A stretch of 64,000 nt of DNA from Acidimicrobiia bacterium (GCA_038236695.1 JBBRZM010000006.1:22167-86166); one strand, 5' to 3'; counted from the stretch's first letter, positions 45,519 to 54,824 are shown. Numbers and translations are program-made. The notes: generated by a model not told the origin, from the letters alone.

Positions 45519-46346
45519 ATGCCCGACCTCACACCAGGGGTTCCGAGCGCGCTGTCGCCGCTCGTGCGCCGGATCGTGGCGCCCAACGCGAACCCCATGA
45601 CCGGCCCGGGCACCAATACGTATCTCGTGGGCATCGACGAAGTCGCAGTGATCGACCCCGGTCCCGACGACAAGCGTCACATCGAGGCGATCGTCGGCGC
45701 GTCGATGAAGGAGCGCGTGCGTTGGGTGTTGCTCACGCACACGCATCCGGATCACTCGCCAGGCACGGCCCGCTTGGTCAAGGCGACCGGCGCCGAAGTG
45801 CTTGCGTTCTCGAAGCGTGAACCCGACGCGCCCGTTGACCGCACAATCGCCGATGGCGAGGTGATCTACGGCACCGAGTGGGGCCTCGAGGTGCTCCACA
45901 CACCGGGACACGCGCCCAACCACCTCTGCTTTCTCCTGGAAGAGGAGCGCGTGCTGTTCACCGGCGATACGATTCTCGGCGGGATGTACTCGGTGGTGTC
46001 ACCGCAACGCGGCGGCGACATGGCCGAATACGTGCAAACGCTCAATCGGCTGAAGAAGCTGCGGCGACTCGCACGAATCTGTCCCGGCCACGGCGACGTG
46101 ATCGAGGAGCCCAAGGCCGTCATCGACGACTACCTCAAACACCGAACGCGTCGCGAGCGCCAGATTCTCAAGGTGCTCAACGCCGGTCCCGCAAAAGTCG
46201 ACGAGATCGTGCAACGGATCTACACCGACACGCCCGGCGCGCTCCACGAGCCGGCGGGCTGGCAGGTCTACGCGCACCTCCTGAAGCTGCGGGGGCAGGG
46301 CAAAGTGGCCGGTCGCGACGCCAAGTCGGTCTGGAAACTGGCCTGA
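45519..46346 (+). CDS. MBL-fold metallo-hydrolase with C-terminal winged-helix-like segment
   Basis: 275-aa ORF with THTHPDH, TPGH, FTGD and PGHG motifs. Confidence 0.8.
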   Translation: MPDLTPGVPSALSPLVRRIVAPNANPMTGPGTNTYLVGIDEVAVIDPGPDDKRHIEAIVGASMKERVRWVLLTHTHPDHSPGTARLVKATGAEVLAFSKREPDAPVDRTIADGEVIYGTEWGLEVLHTPGHAPNHLCFLLEEERVLFTGDTILGGMYSVVSPQRGGDMAEYVQTLNRLKKLRRLARICPGHGDVIEEPKAVIDDYLKHRTRRERQILKVLNAGPAKVDEIVQRIYTDTPGALHEPAGWQVYAHLLKLRGQGKVAGRDAKSVWKLA

Positions 46347-46484
46347 TCAGTCTGTGTGAGGCGCGCTGCTTGAACGTGAGCGGCAGGTGTTCAGGTCCAC
46401 GCACGACCAGGCTCTATTTTCCAGACGGCGGGAACGGCGGCACGGGTTGGGCCCGCGCTGGCGATGCGACTCGACGACTGACGC

Positions 46485-47738
46485 TCAGGAGCGCGCCGCG
46501 TCCTTCTCGGCGAGGCTTGCAGCCGCGATCTCAAAAATACGGGCGGTGCATCCGGCCATTTCCACCGGCGGCAACAGCTCGTCGACAATCGCCCGGGCGA
46601 TTCGCCGGAACTCGACACCGGCCGCGCTGTCGGGATGGTCGAGCACCGCGGGCCGGCCGGTATCGCCGCCGAGCGACACGTCGGCCTCGATCGGGACCCG
46701 GCCCACGAGTGGCGCGCCGATCTCTCGTGCGAGCGCATCGCCGCCGCCCACGCCGAAGATCGGGTTTCGCGAACCGTCGGGCGCGACGAACTCGCTCATG
46801 TTCTCGACCACACCCGTCACCTTGAGGTAACTGCGGCGCGCCATGTCGGCGACGCGTGTCGCGACCTTCTGGGCCGCGAGCGCGGGAGTGGTGACGACGA
46901 GCAGTTCAGTGCGCGGCAGCAGCCGGGCGAGTGCCATCTGGATATCGCCGGTGCCCGGCGGCATGTCGATCAGGAGGTAGTCGAGCTCACCCCAACGCAC
47001 GTCGGTGAGGAACTGCTCGAGGGCTTTCGACAGGATCAAGCCGCGCCACATCAGCGCGGTGCTCTCGTCGTCGACGAGGAACCCCATGGACACGACCTTG
47101 ACCGTGCCCGCCGGTCCAGCACGGTCGTCGAGGTTGGGTACCTCGACCACGTTGGGCTCGATCTTGCCGTCGGTGCCGCCGAGCCGTCGTTCGACACCCA
47201 GCATCCGCGGCACGCTGAAGCCCCAGATGTCGGCGTCGAGCACGCCGACCGAGCGGCCCTGCGCTGCGATCGCGACCGCAAGGTTCACCGTGACCGACGA
47301 CTTGCCGACACCACCCTTCCCGCTCGCGATCGCGAGGACGCGGGTGCTGGACTGGATCTCGGTGTCGGGTGCGTTCTCGCGTGCGTTCCAGCGCGCGCGT
47401 TGCATGGTGGCCGTGCGCTGCTCGCTCGTCATCTCGCCGTACTCGACGGAGACGGCGCTGACACCGGGCAAGCCGCGTACCTTCGACTCCACGTCTTTTT
47501 GGATCTGGCTCCGCAACGGGCAGCCTGCGGTCGTGAGTGCGACTTTGACCGCGACTGCGCCGTCGCTGCCGACTGTGGCGTCGGAAACCATGCCGAGCTC
47601 CACGATGCTCGCGTGCAACTCAGGATCTTCGACGCCCTCGAGCATGCGCATCACTTGCTCCGCCGACGGCGGCGGTCCGGCGGCGCGCGCCGGCGCCTCG
47701 GGATCGTCGGGATCGATGTGGTCGATGGTCGGGTCCAT
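46485..47738 (-). CDS. mrp: Iron-sulfur cluster carrier ATPase Mrp/ApbC (N-terminal DUF59 domain)
   Basis: I start at ATG 47738 (MDPTIDH). It has the DUF59 segment VEDPELHASIVELGMV, the P-loop ASGKGGVGKSS, and DMPPGTGD. Confidence 0.88.
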   Translation of the reverse strand: MDPTIDHIDPDDPEAPARAAGPPPSAEQVMRMLEGVEDPELHASIVELGMVSDATVGSDGAVAVKVALTTAGCPLRSQIQKDVESKVRGLPGVSAVSVEYGEMTSEQRTATMQRARWNARENAPDTEIQSSTRVLAIASGKGGVGKSSVTVNLAVAIAAQGRSVGVLDADIWGFSVPRMLGVERRLGGTDGKIEPNVVEVPNLDDRAGPAGTVKVVSMGFLVDDESTALMWRGLILSKALEQFLTDVRWGELDYLLIDMPPGTGDIQMALARLLPRTELLVVTTPALAAQKVATRVADMARRSYLKVTGVVENMSEFVAPDGSRNPIFGVGGGDALAREIGAPLVGRVPIEADVSLGGDTGRPAVLDHPDSAAGVEFRRIARAIVDELLPPVEMAGCTARIFEIAAASLAEKDAARS

Positions 47739-47799
47739 GAGCTCCTCGAGCGCGAGTGGAAGCGACTTCCGGGCCGCACCCAATAAAAACAGGTTTGGC

Positions 47800-47833
47800 C
47801 TTGAAAATATGCCGGATCGGCGGTATCTTCAAG
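47800..47833. promoter_or_regulatory. Imperfect 10-bp inverted repeat CTTGAAAATA-N14-TATCTTCAAG in an AT-rich island between mrp and the ArsR-type regulator (candidate operator)
   Basis: The arms match 9/10 and were read directly. The repeat ends 8 nt before ATG 47842 and lies 62 nt upstream of the mrp start. The surrounding 47781-47840 is conspicuously AT-rich for this genome. Confidence 0.45.
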
Positions 47834-47841
47834 TTTCGACT

Positions 47842-48537
47842 ATGGATCAGTTGACCTTGATGAAGGCGCTCGGTGACGAGACGCGTTACGCGATGTACCG
47901 CGAACTTGCAGGTTCCACCGCTGCGCTCTCGGCCCAAGATCTCGCCGATCGGCTCGGACTCCACGCCAACACAGTCCGTCTGCACCTCGAGCGCCTCCGT
48001 GAAGCCGGTCTCGTCGATGCCGAGGCCGTGCACCGCGGCACCGTCGGGCGTCCCCAGCACCTTTATTTCCTCGCCGCCGGCGCCCCCGGGCTCGGCTTCG
48101 ATCCGCCCGCGCATGCGTTGCTTGCCGGGCTGCTTGCCGCGATGGCCGAGCGCATGGGTGCCGAGGCCGAAGACGCCGCCGATACGGGTTACGCGTGGGG
48201 CACGGAGGCGGGTCGACGCACCCGCAGTCGGAGCTGTCTGCGTGCGCTCGAGGGTGAGCTCACGAAGCTGGGTTTCGAGCCTGCGGCGGAGCCCGCCGAA
48301 CCTGGGCCGGCCCTGACCGGTGCCACCGGGATGGGGGCCGGTGTGCGCATCGAGTTCCTGCACTGCCCCTTCCGGGAGCTGGCCGAGGCCTATCCCGAGC
48401 TGGTTTGTAACCTCCATCGGGGCCTTTGCGAAGGGGTTGTCGACGAGGTCGGCGGGGGAACAGTCGAGGAGTTCGCCACGTTGTACGACCCAGAGCCGTG
48501 CCACGTGACCGTGGCCCTTGACTACGCTAAGACCTGA
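47842..48537 (+). CDS. ArsR/SmtB-type winged-helix regulator with Cys-rich C-terminal domain (SufR-like)
   Basis: I start at ATG 47842 (MDQLTLMKALGDETRYAMYRELA...LSAQDLADRLGLHANTVRLHLERLREAGLV). The C-terminal domain has CPFRELAEAYPELVCNLHRGLCEG (C-x13-C-x6-C) plus EPCH. Confidence 0.65.
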   Translation: MDQLTLMKALGDETRYAMYRELAGSTAALSAQDLADRLGLHANTVRLHLERLREAGLVDAEAVHRGTVGRPQHLYFLAAGAPGLGFDPPAHALLAGLLAAMAERMGAEAEDAADTGYAWGTEAGRRTRSRSCLRALEGELTKLGFEPAAEPAEPGPALTGATGMGAGVRIEFLHCPFRELAEAYPELVCNLHRGLCEGVVDEVGGGTVEEFATLYDPEPCHVTVALDYAKT

Positions 48538-48554
48538 AACGTCCGGAGGACCGC

Positions 48555-48902
48555 ATGTTCCAAGTGCAAGACGCCAGCACCGTGTTCAAGCTCACCGACG
48601 CGGCCACAGCGAAGGTGAAGAGCCTGCTCGAGGCGGAAGACAACACCGACCTCGTGCTGCGCGTGGCCGTGCGTCCCGGCGGCTGCTCGGGTCTCAGCTA
48701 CGAGATGTTCTTCGACACCGATGTCGCGGCCGACGACGTAGTCACCGAGCAGAGCGGCGTCAAGGTGGTGGTCGACCCGGCGAGTGTTCAGCACCTCGGT
48801 GGCGCTTCGCTCGATTACAAGGACGGCCTGCAGGGCGCGGGTTTTGCCGTGACAAACCCCAATGCCGAGCGCAGCTGCGGCTGCGGACAGTCCTTTTCTT
48901 GA
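48555..48902 (+). CDS. erpA: Iron-sulfur cluster insertion protein (HesB/IscA/ErpA family)
   Basis: 115-aa ORF with RV.V.PGGCSGLSY and the C-terminal CGCG.SF. Confidence 0.88.
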   Translation: MFQVQDASTVFKLTDAATAKVKSLLEAEDNTDLVLRVAVRPGGCSGLSYEMFFDTDVAADDVVTEQSGVKVVVDPASVQHLGGASLDYKDGLQGAGFAVTNPNAERSCGCGQSFS

Positions 48903-48981
48903 GCGCGTCCACAGTCCGGGGTTTGATCCGGACAAAGCCGCATTAGGGCGCACTTCGCGCCCAATCTCGGGAGGCAGGGCG

Positions 48982-49971
48982 ATGAGCGTCAGCATGCGGT
49001 GTCCGTCATGCGACACGTTCGTCAACGCCGGAGATCGCGAGTGCTGGCTCTGCCATAGCCGCCTCGACACGCCCGCGGTGGCGCCGGTGGGCCCGTCCCC
49101 CGAAGCACCTCCTGCAGCTCCGGACGCGCCCGCAGTGCGGACGACTCCGCCGGCAGTGCCCGCAACGCCGGACGCGAGGCCGGTTCGCGACACGTCGATG
49201 ATCAACAAGGCTCCTCGTCCTCCCGTGGCGCCGAGCCCTGCGCCCGCGGCGGCGAGCGCCCAGCCCACGACCCGCGTCCCCAAGGTCCCCAGTGTCAGCC
49301 GCCACGGCTTGGTCTTGCTCATCGCCATCTGTGTGGTTGCGGCCGGCGCGGCGGTGGCATTCGGCATGAGCGTGCTCAACTCGGGCGGCTCAGGCCCTGC
49401 ATCGCAGTCGGCTCAGAACGCCACCGCGACCGCGCTGGTCGCCTCGCTCGACGACCTTCCGGCGAACTGGTCAGTGGAGGTCAGACGCGCGTCGCAGGGT
49501 CCGGTCGAGCAGTTCGATTTCCTTGGCCAGATCCGGCACTGCGCCACACCGAACGAGACGAAGCTCGTCGGGGGCGACGGTGACCATACGAGCGTCACCT
49601 ACAACGACGAGACGGGCGCCAACTCGCTGATCTCCGACGTGAGTGTGCGGGTGGACCAGGCACAAGCCCAAGCGTTCATGCGGGTGGCCGGCGCTACTTG
49701 CTATCCCGCGGCTGTGGGTGAGATCGTCGCCGGCCCGCGGGGCGAGGCTGCGCTCGCGGTCAGCCCATTCGCCGCGCCGCGTCTCGGTGACGAAGTACAC
49801 GCGTTCCGGGTTGCGCAGAACGGCATCACTGTCGACGATGTCGTGATCCGCCACGGTCGTGCGGTCGAGCAGCTGGTGTTCCGCTCGACCGGCGCCCCGA
49901 TATCCGACGCTGATCGCAACGCGATCGTGCAGAACGTCGATCACCGCATGGTGGCCGCGCAGCGCGGCTAG
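48982..49971 (+). CDS. Zinc-ribbon / Pro-rich linker / single-TM protein with extracytoplasmic domain, function unknown
   Basis: I start at ATG 48982 after GGGAGG. It has MRCPSCDTFVNAGDRECWLCHS (CxxC...CxxC), a ~90-aa Pro/Ala-rich region, the TM segment LVLLIAICVVAAGAAVAFGM and a ~190-aa C-terminal domain. Confidence 0.45.
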   Translation: MSVSMRCPSCDTFVNAGDRECWLCHSRLDTPAVAPVGPSPEAPPAAPDAPAVRTTPPAVPATPDARPVRDTSMINKAPRPPVAPSPAPAAASAQPTTRVPKVPSVSRHGLVLLIAICVVAAGAAVAFGMSVLNSGGSGPASQSAQNATATALVASLDDLPANWSVEVRRASQGPVEQFDFLGQIRHCATPNETKLVGGDGDHTSVTYNDETGANSLISDVSVRVDQAQAQAFMRVAGATCYPAAVGEIVAGPRGEAALAVSPFAAPRLGDEVHAFRVAQNGITVDDVVIRHGRAVEQLVFRSTGAPISDADRNAIVQNVDHRMVAAQRG

Positions 49972-49972
49972 C

Positions 49973-50815
49973 TCAACCAGCGAGCGCGTCGAGCAGTGTC
50001 TGCATCTCGTCGCCGCCGAACGCTCCGTCGAGTCGCGACACGACCGTGCCCTGCGCGTTGACGCCGAACAGCCATGGCTCGCTGCCGAGGTGCCAGGCGT
50101 CGACCGTCGGCACGTGCTCGGTACCGGTATCCCTCTTGTAGATCTCGACGTGCACGAAGGTGATGTGGTCCGCGTAGGTGCCGGTGATGGTCAGCAGTTC
50201 GTCGAGGACCGGTCCGCAGTAGCGCGACTCACACCGTGCCGGCGTCGCGAACATGACGGCCACTGGTTTGCCCGCGCCGATCACCGTGTCGAGCGACACC
50301 GTGTGCAGCGGACACTCCGGCACGCGCGTGCAGATCGGGTTGACGCCCAACGTGTCGGCATGTGTCGGTGACGCTGCGCGGGGGGCAGGGGTTCCGGCGA
50401 TGGGCACGTCGGTTGCCGCCGGCACCATGAAGGCGACTGGCGCGGCCTTTCCGCTGACGTCGACCACCGCGCCCCAGGTGCCGGCAGTGGCGAGCACGAC
50501 GGGTGCTGTGTACACGCCCCGTTTCTCGGGCAGGCCGTTGGCGTGCAGCACGGTGTCCTGAAACGTGCCGAGGGTGCCGTTGGGTGGCTGAAACGCGATA
50601 CGGGCCGGAGGGCCGGACGCGAAATCGGCGCCCTCGCGCAGGGCGAACGCGAATCGTTGTGGTTGCGGCGACGCGTAGAGATCGGTGGCGAGCAGCCCGG
50701 CGCTGAGCCCTTTCCCCTGTGGAGTCGAGCGACGCGTGCGCGTGTCGCTTCCACCGCCGCACGCGGCGAGCGCCACGAGGCCGCCGGCCGTGACGAGGAA
50801 CGAGCGTCGACTCAT
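49973..50815 (-). CDS. Tat-signal lipoprotein with Ig-like N-domain and thioredoxin-like C-domain
   Basis: I start at ATG 50815 (MSRRSFLVTAGGLVALAACGGG: twin-Arg motif plus lipobox). The C-terminal half has VMFATPARCESRYCGPVLDEL (C-x4-C). The track extension to 51268 is rejected. Confidence 0.5.
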   Translation of the reverse strand: MSRRSFLVTAGGLVALAACGGGSDTRTRRSTPQGKGLSAGLLATDLYASPQPQRFAFALREGADFASGPPARIAFQPPNGTLGTFQDTVLHANGLPEKRGVYTAPVVLATAGTWGAVVDVSGKAAPVAFMVPAATDVPIAGTPAPRAASPTHADTLGVNPICTRVPECPLHTVSLDTVIGAGKPVAVMFATPARCESRYCGPVLDELLTITGTYADHITFVHVEIYKRDTGTEHVPTVDAWHLGSEPWLFGVNAQGTVVSRLDGAFGGDEMQTLLDALAG

Positions 50816-50858
50816 CGGTAGGTCGGGCACGCTTCTATCCTGCCTTCCGGAGGTTGCG

Positions 50859-52568
50859 ATGTCCGATCGGGTCAGCTTCATCTGCAACGATGCGCCGGTC
50901 GACGTGGAAGTCGCGACCGACGAGTCGCTGCTCTCGGTATTGCGGGAGCGGCTCGGCATTCTTTCGCCCAAAGATGGCTGCGCCCCGCAGGGCCAGTGCG
51001 GATGCTGCACGGTGCTCGTCGACGGCGCCGCGCGCGTCGCCTGCGTCACGCCCGCGGTGCGGGTCGCGGGCCGGATGATCACCACGCTCGAAGGAATCGA
51101 GCCCGAACGGCGCGACCAACTTGCTTCGGCGTTCGTCGCGAGCGGCGGCTCGCAATGCGGTTTCTGCACGCCGGGGATCGTGATGCGCGTAGCTGCGCTC
51201 CTGACGAAAGGTCCGCCGGCAAGGGCAGCGCTCGACCGCGCGCTGGCGGCGCATCTGTGTCGGTGCACCGGCTGGCAGACGATCTACGAGGCCGTCGAAA
51301 ATCTGGGGAACACGTCTCGGCCCGACCGCGACCTCGATGCCGCGGCGGAGCGAGCGGCACTCGAGGGTGGCGTCGCGCAAAGCGTCGCGAGCGATGTGCC
51401 GCTCGGTGCGGGCGGCTTCTCCGACGACTGTGCGCCACGCGGCGCACTCGTCGCAGTCCCCGCGCCACTGGACGCCGATGCCGGCAGCGAAGCAGCGGCA
51501 GGACTTCCCTGGGTCCTGGCGCCCTCGCTTCATGAGGCACGCGCCCGCGCCGCGAAGGTCCAGGGGCGGCGCACGACGATTGACGAACGGCCGCCGCTTC
51601 CGTTACCCGAGCAGCCTCGCGGCGGCGTCCGGCTCGCCACCAGCTGGGTGGAGCCGGCGTATCTCGAGCCCGACGCGTCGTGGTGCGAGCCGGGCGGAGA
51701 GCCGGCGTCGCCGCTGGCGAATGGCGGCGCGTTCGGCGGGAAGCAGGCGTCGCCCGTCAGCGAGGCGGCGCGGGAGCTCGCAGACCGTCATGGTCGAGCG
51801 GTGCGCGTCGTGCTCGCGCGTGAAGACGTCGTGCGCCTCGGGCCGAAGCGCCCACCGATCGCCGCGTCTGCAGTGTGCAACGGCTCGAATGTCGAGGTGC
51901 GAGGCGTCGTCGCGGGTGATGCGGGTGCGTTTCTCGCACCGATCGACTGGCCGTACGCGCTGACCGTCGATGAGCAATGGACGACAACCGAGGTTCCGGG
52001 CCCGCCGACGGCATCGCACTTCCGTGCGGTCGGCCTCGCGGAGCGGGCTGTGCTCGTCGAAGGCGCACTCCACGAAGCGGGAGTCGATCGACGCACGCTG
52101 GTACGCGACGACCGCAGCAACGCAGTGTTGCTCGACACGTGTGTGGCCGGCTGGGGCGGCGTGTGCGCGGGCGCCCGTGTGACCGTCGCGAACGACACGG
52201 GCGCGGTCACGAGCATCGACGTGCGGCTCGCGGCCGGTGATCCGCTCGACGACGTGGTGCTGCGTTCCTACGCCGTCGGCGCGTCCCACATGGCACTGGG
52301 CTGGGTGTTGACGGAAGCCCTTGCCGTCGCACCCGGTGGCGAGGTACGCGATCTCACCATTCGCTCCTTCGGAATCGTGCGCGCGAAGGACACGCCTCCG
52401 ATCACGGTGACGATCCTCGACGAGCCGGGGCCGCCACTGCCGCGCGGCTCCGATGCGGTGTTCGCCGCGGTTGGGTCCGCACTCTGGAACGCGCTCGCAC
52501 GGAGCGAGGGCCGGCCCGACTCGTTTCCGGCGCACGGCACCCGCGCGGCTCGAGTCCTCCGACGCTGA
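50859..52568 (+). CDS. Fusion of a CoxS-type [2Fe-2S]x2 domain to a shortened xanthine-dehydrogenase/aldehyde-oxidase-family domain
   Basis: I start at ATG 50859 after GGAGG. The N-terminal ~155 aa carry CAPQGQCGCCTV...C and QCGFCTPG...CRCTGW. The remainder (~415 aa) has XDH-family strings (YLEPDASW, GGAFGGK, RAVRVVLAREDVVRLGPKRP, SYAVGASHMALGWVLTE, GSDAVFAAVGSALWNA). It is only about half the usual ~750-aa Mo-subunit length. Confidence 0.6.
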   Translation: MSDRVSFICNDAPVDVEVATDESLLSVLRERLGILSPKDGCAPQGQCGCCTVLVDGAARVACVTPAVRVAGRMITTLEGIEPERRDQLASAFVASGGSQCGFCTPGIVMRVAALLTKGPPARAALDRALAAHLCRCTGWQTIYEAVENLGNTSRPDRDLDAAAERAALEGGVAQSVASDVPLGAGGFSDDCAPRGALVAVPAPLDADAGSEAAAGLPWVLAPSLHEARARAAKVQGRRTTIDERPPLPLPEQPRGGVRLATSWVEPAYLEPDASWCEPGGEPASPLANGGAFGGKQASPVSEAARELADRHGRAVRVVLAREDVVRLGPKRPPIAASAVCNGSNVEVRGVVAGDAGAFLAPIDWPYALTVDEQWTTTEVPGPPTASHFRAVGLAERAVLVEGALHEAGVDRRTLVRDDRSNAVLLDTCVAGWGGVCAGARVTVANDTGAVTSIDVRLAAGDPLDDVVLRSYAVGASHMALGWVLTEALAVAPGGEVRDLTIRSFGIVRAKDTPPITVTILDEPGPPLPRGSDAVFAAVGSALWNALARSEGRPDSFPAHGTRAARVLRR

Positions 52569-52800
52569 AGCGGTTACTCTCCCGCCCATGGCCGGAGTCG
52601 TCATCATCGTCATCGCCATGCTGGTCGCGCTGCCGGTCGCGGTGATGCTCGCCGGCGCGATCTGGACCGCGGTGATCGGGTGGGCCCTCGTTGATGATGC
52701 CGAAGCCCGCGCCGAGGACGCGCCGAAATGATCCGCGGTGGTATCCCCACCATCTACGCGCTGTACCTCTCGGAGGAGCCGAAGCGCTGAACCCGGGGGG

Positions 52801-53502
52801 CTAATCGGTTGTGCTGGCGGGCGCCCAACGCGGTTGCCCGAACCGGTATCCCACCGACCGCACCGTCTGAATCAGCCCCGCATGTTCCTCACCGAGTTTC
52901 GCCCGAAGTCGTCGCACGTGCACATCGACGGTGCGCGCGCCGCCGTAGTACTCGTAGCCCCACACGCGTGACAGGAGTTGCTCACGCGTGAAGACCTTGC
53001 CCGGGTGCGTCGTAAAGAACTTGAGCAGCTCGTACTCCATGTACGTGAGGTCGAGCGGACGGTTGCTGAGCGCGGCTTGATACGTCTCGAGGTTGAGCAT
53101 CAGGTCGCCGTACTCGACGACCTCGGGCCGCGCGCCCCGGCCGGTGCGCCAGAACATGTGCCGCACCCGCGCTTCGAGCTCTCGCGGGTGGAACGGCGCG
53201 AGGCAGAAGTCGTCGAACAGGTCTTCACGGAGCTCCAGGTCGCCGAGCTGCGCGCCGGAGACGAGCAAGAGGATCGGTGTCGGGGTGTCCCGATTGCGCA
53301 ACGCCCGCGCGATGACGAACGCGCCTTCCGCGTCGTCATCGGCACAGACCACCGCGCCCGCCCAGCCGTCGGCCGGCTCGTGCTGCGTCGCGACCGACGC
53401 GTTCGCTATGGCCTTCCACTGGTAGCCGGCGAGGTCGAGCGTCTGCGCGAGCAGCGGTCCCGGTGGATCGGGAAACACGAGGACGGGCTGTAATCCGGTC
53501 AT
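52801..53502 (-). CDS. glnR: OmpR-family orphan response regulator, GlnR-like (atypical receiver)
   Basis: I start at ATG 53502, overlapping the glnA2 stop (ATGA). It has the winged-helix output LTYMEYELLKFF..HPGKVFTREQLL..VWGYEYYGGARTVDVHVRRLRAKLG...I.TVRSVGYRF. The receiver lacks the acidic pair (VLVFPDPP) and the conserved Lys (CLAPF). Confidence 0.7.
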   Translation of the reverse strand: MTGLQPVLVFPDPPGPLLAQTLDLAGYQWKAIANASVATQHEPADGWAGAVVCADDDAEGAFVIARALRNRDTPTPILLLVSGAQLGDLELREDLFDDFCLAPFHPRELEARVRHMFWRTGRGARPEVVEYGDLMLNLETYQAALSNRPLDLTYMEYELLKFFTTHPGKVFTREQLLSRVWGYEYYGGARTVDVHVRRLRAKLGEEHAGLIQTVRSVGYRFGQPRWAPASTTD

Positions 53503-54824
53503 AACGTGCCCAGGTACCGCTCGAGCTCGAACGGCGTCACATGGGCCTTGAACTCGGCCCACTCGTCGCGCTTGTTGCGGATGAAGTACTCGAAGACGTG
53601 CTCGCCCAGCGCCTCCGCGACGAGCTCCGAGCCCTCCATCACGTCGATCGCCTCGTCGAGCGACTGCGGCAACGAACGGATTCCCTCCGCGGCGCGCTCC
53701 TCGGGCGTCATCTCGTAGATGTTGTTGGTCGCCTCGGGCGGCAGGTCATAGCCCTCCTCGACGCCCTTCAAGCCGGCCGCAAGCATCAAGCTGAACGCGA
53801 GGTAGGGATTGCACGCGGGGTCGGGTGAGCGGAACTCGATGCGCGTCGACGCCTCTTTCCCGCGCTTCGTGACCGGCAGTCGCACGAGCGCGGAGCGGTT
53901 GTTGCGGGCCCAGCAGATGTACACCGGCGCCTCGTACCCGGCGATGAGACGCTTGTAGGAGTTGACCCACTGGTTGGTCACGGCGGTGATCTCGCGGCCG
54001 TGGTGCAGCAACCCGGCGATGAAGCACTTGCCGACCTTCGACAACCCGTGCGGGTCACCGGGGTCGTGGAACGCGTTGACGTCGCCTTCGAACAGCGACA
54101 AGTGGGTGTGCATGCCCGAGCCGAACGCGCCGGTGATCGGCTTCGGCATGAACGACGCGTACACGCCCATGTCCTGGGCGACTTCCTTCACGACGAGCCG
54201 GAACGTCATCACGTTGTCGGCCATCGTGAGCGCGTCGGTGTAGCGCAGATCGATCTCATGCTGGCTCGGCCCCAGCTCGTGGAACGAGTACTCGACCGGG
54301 ATACCCATCTGCTCGAGCGTGAGGATTGTCTGCTTGCGCAGGTTCGACACCATGTCCATCTGGGTGAGGTCGAAGTAGCCGGCATGATCCAGCGGCTCGG
54401 CGTGCTCCGCCGACTTGAAGTAGAAGAACTCCATCTCGGGCCCCGCGTAGAACGTGAAGCCTTTCTCGCGCGCTCGTTCGAGATTTCGCTTCAGCACGAA
54501 GCGGGGGTCGCCTTCGAACGGGTCACCGGAGAGATGCTGGATGTCGCAGAACATGCGCGCCGCCGGAGCGTCTTCGCCGCGCCAGGGCACGATGTCGAAC
54601 GTGTTGGGGTCGGGCATCGCGAGCATGTCGGATTCCTGCACGCGGCTATAGCCCTCGATCGCAGAGCCGTCGAATGTCATGCCCTCTTCGAGCGCGCCTT
54701 CCAGCTCGGCGGGCGTGATCGCGAAGCTCTTGAGGAACCCGAGCACGTCGGTGAACCACAGGCGCACGAACCGCACGCCTCGCTCCTCGACCGTTCGAAG
54801 CACGTAGTCCAGTTGCCGTTCCAT
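53499..54824 (-). CDS. glnA2: Glutamine synthetase, GlnA2 type
   Basis: I start at ATG 54824 (MERQLDYVLRTVEERGVRFVRLWFTDVLGFLKSFAITPAELEGALEEGMTFDGSAIEG), which is near-colinear with mycobacterial GlnA2 as I remember it. It also has GSGMHTHLSL and NSYKRL. Confidence 0.88.
   Translation of the reverse strand: MERQLDYVLRTVEERGVRFVRLWFTDVLGFLKSFAITPAELEGALEEGMTFDGSAIEGYSRVQESDMLAMPDPNTFDIVPWRGEDAPAARMFCDIQHLSGDPFEGDPRFVLKRNLERAREKGFTFYAGPEMEFFYFKSAEHAEPLDHAGYFDLTQMDMVSNLRKQTILTLEQMGIPVEYSFHELGPSQHEIDLRYTDALTMADNVMTFRLVVKEVAQDMGVYASFMPKPITGAFGSGMHTHLSLFEGDVNAFHDPGDPHGLSKVGKCFIAGLLHHGREITAVTNQWVNSYKRLIAGYEAPVYICWARNNRSALVRLPVTKRGKEASTRIEFRSPDPACNPYLAFSLMLAAGLKGVEEGYDLPPEATNNIYEMTPEERAAEGIRSLPQSLDEAIDVMEGSELVAEALGEHVFEYFIRNKRDEWAEFKAHVTPFELERYLGTL

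Noticed and set aside
42189-52568. Idea that the nearby XDH-like fusion protein is a selenium-dependent molybdenum hydroxylase linked to selAB.
   Set aside because: SelA/SelB serve co-translational Sec insertion, not the labile-Se cofactor pathway. No selD, yqeB or yqeC-type genes are present and the genes are 5 kb apart on different transcription units. The link is pure proximity.
52588-52731. 47-codon hydrophobic ORF (MAGVVIIVIAMLVALPVAVMLAGAIWTAVIGWALVDDAEARAEDAPK) just after the 2Fe-2S/XDH-like gene.
   Set aside because: It could be a real small membrane peptide. However, there is no RBS, no recognisable family and no comparative support, so I cannot support it as a feature.
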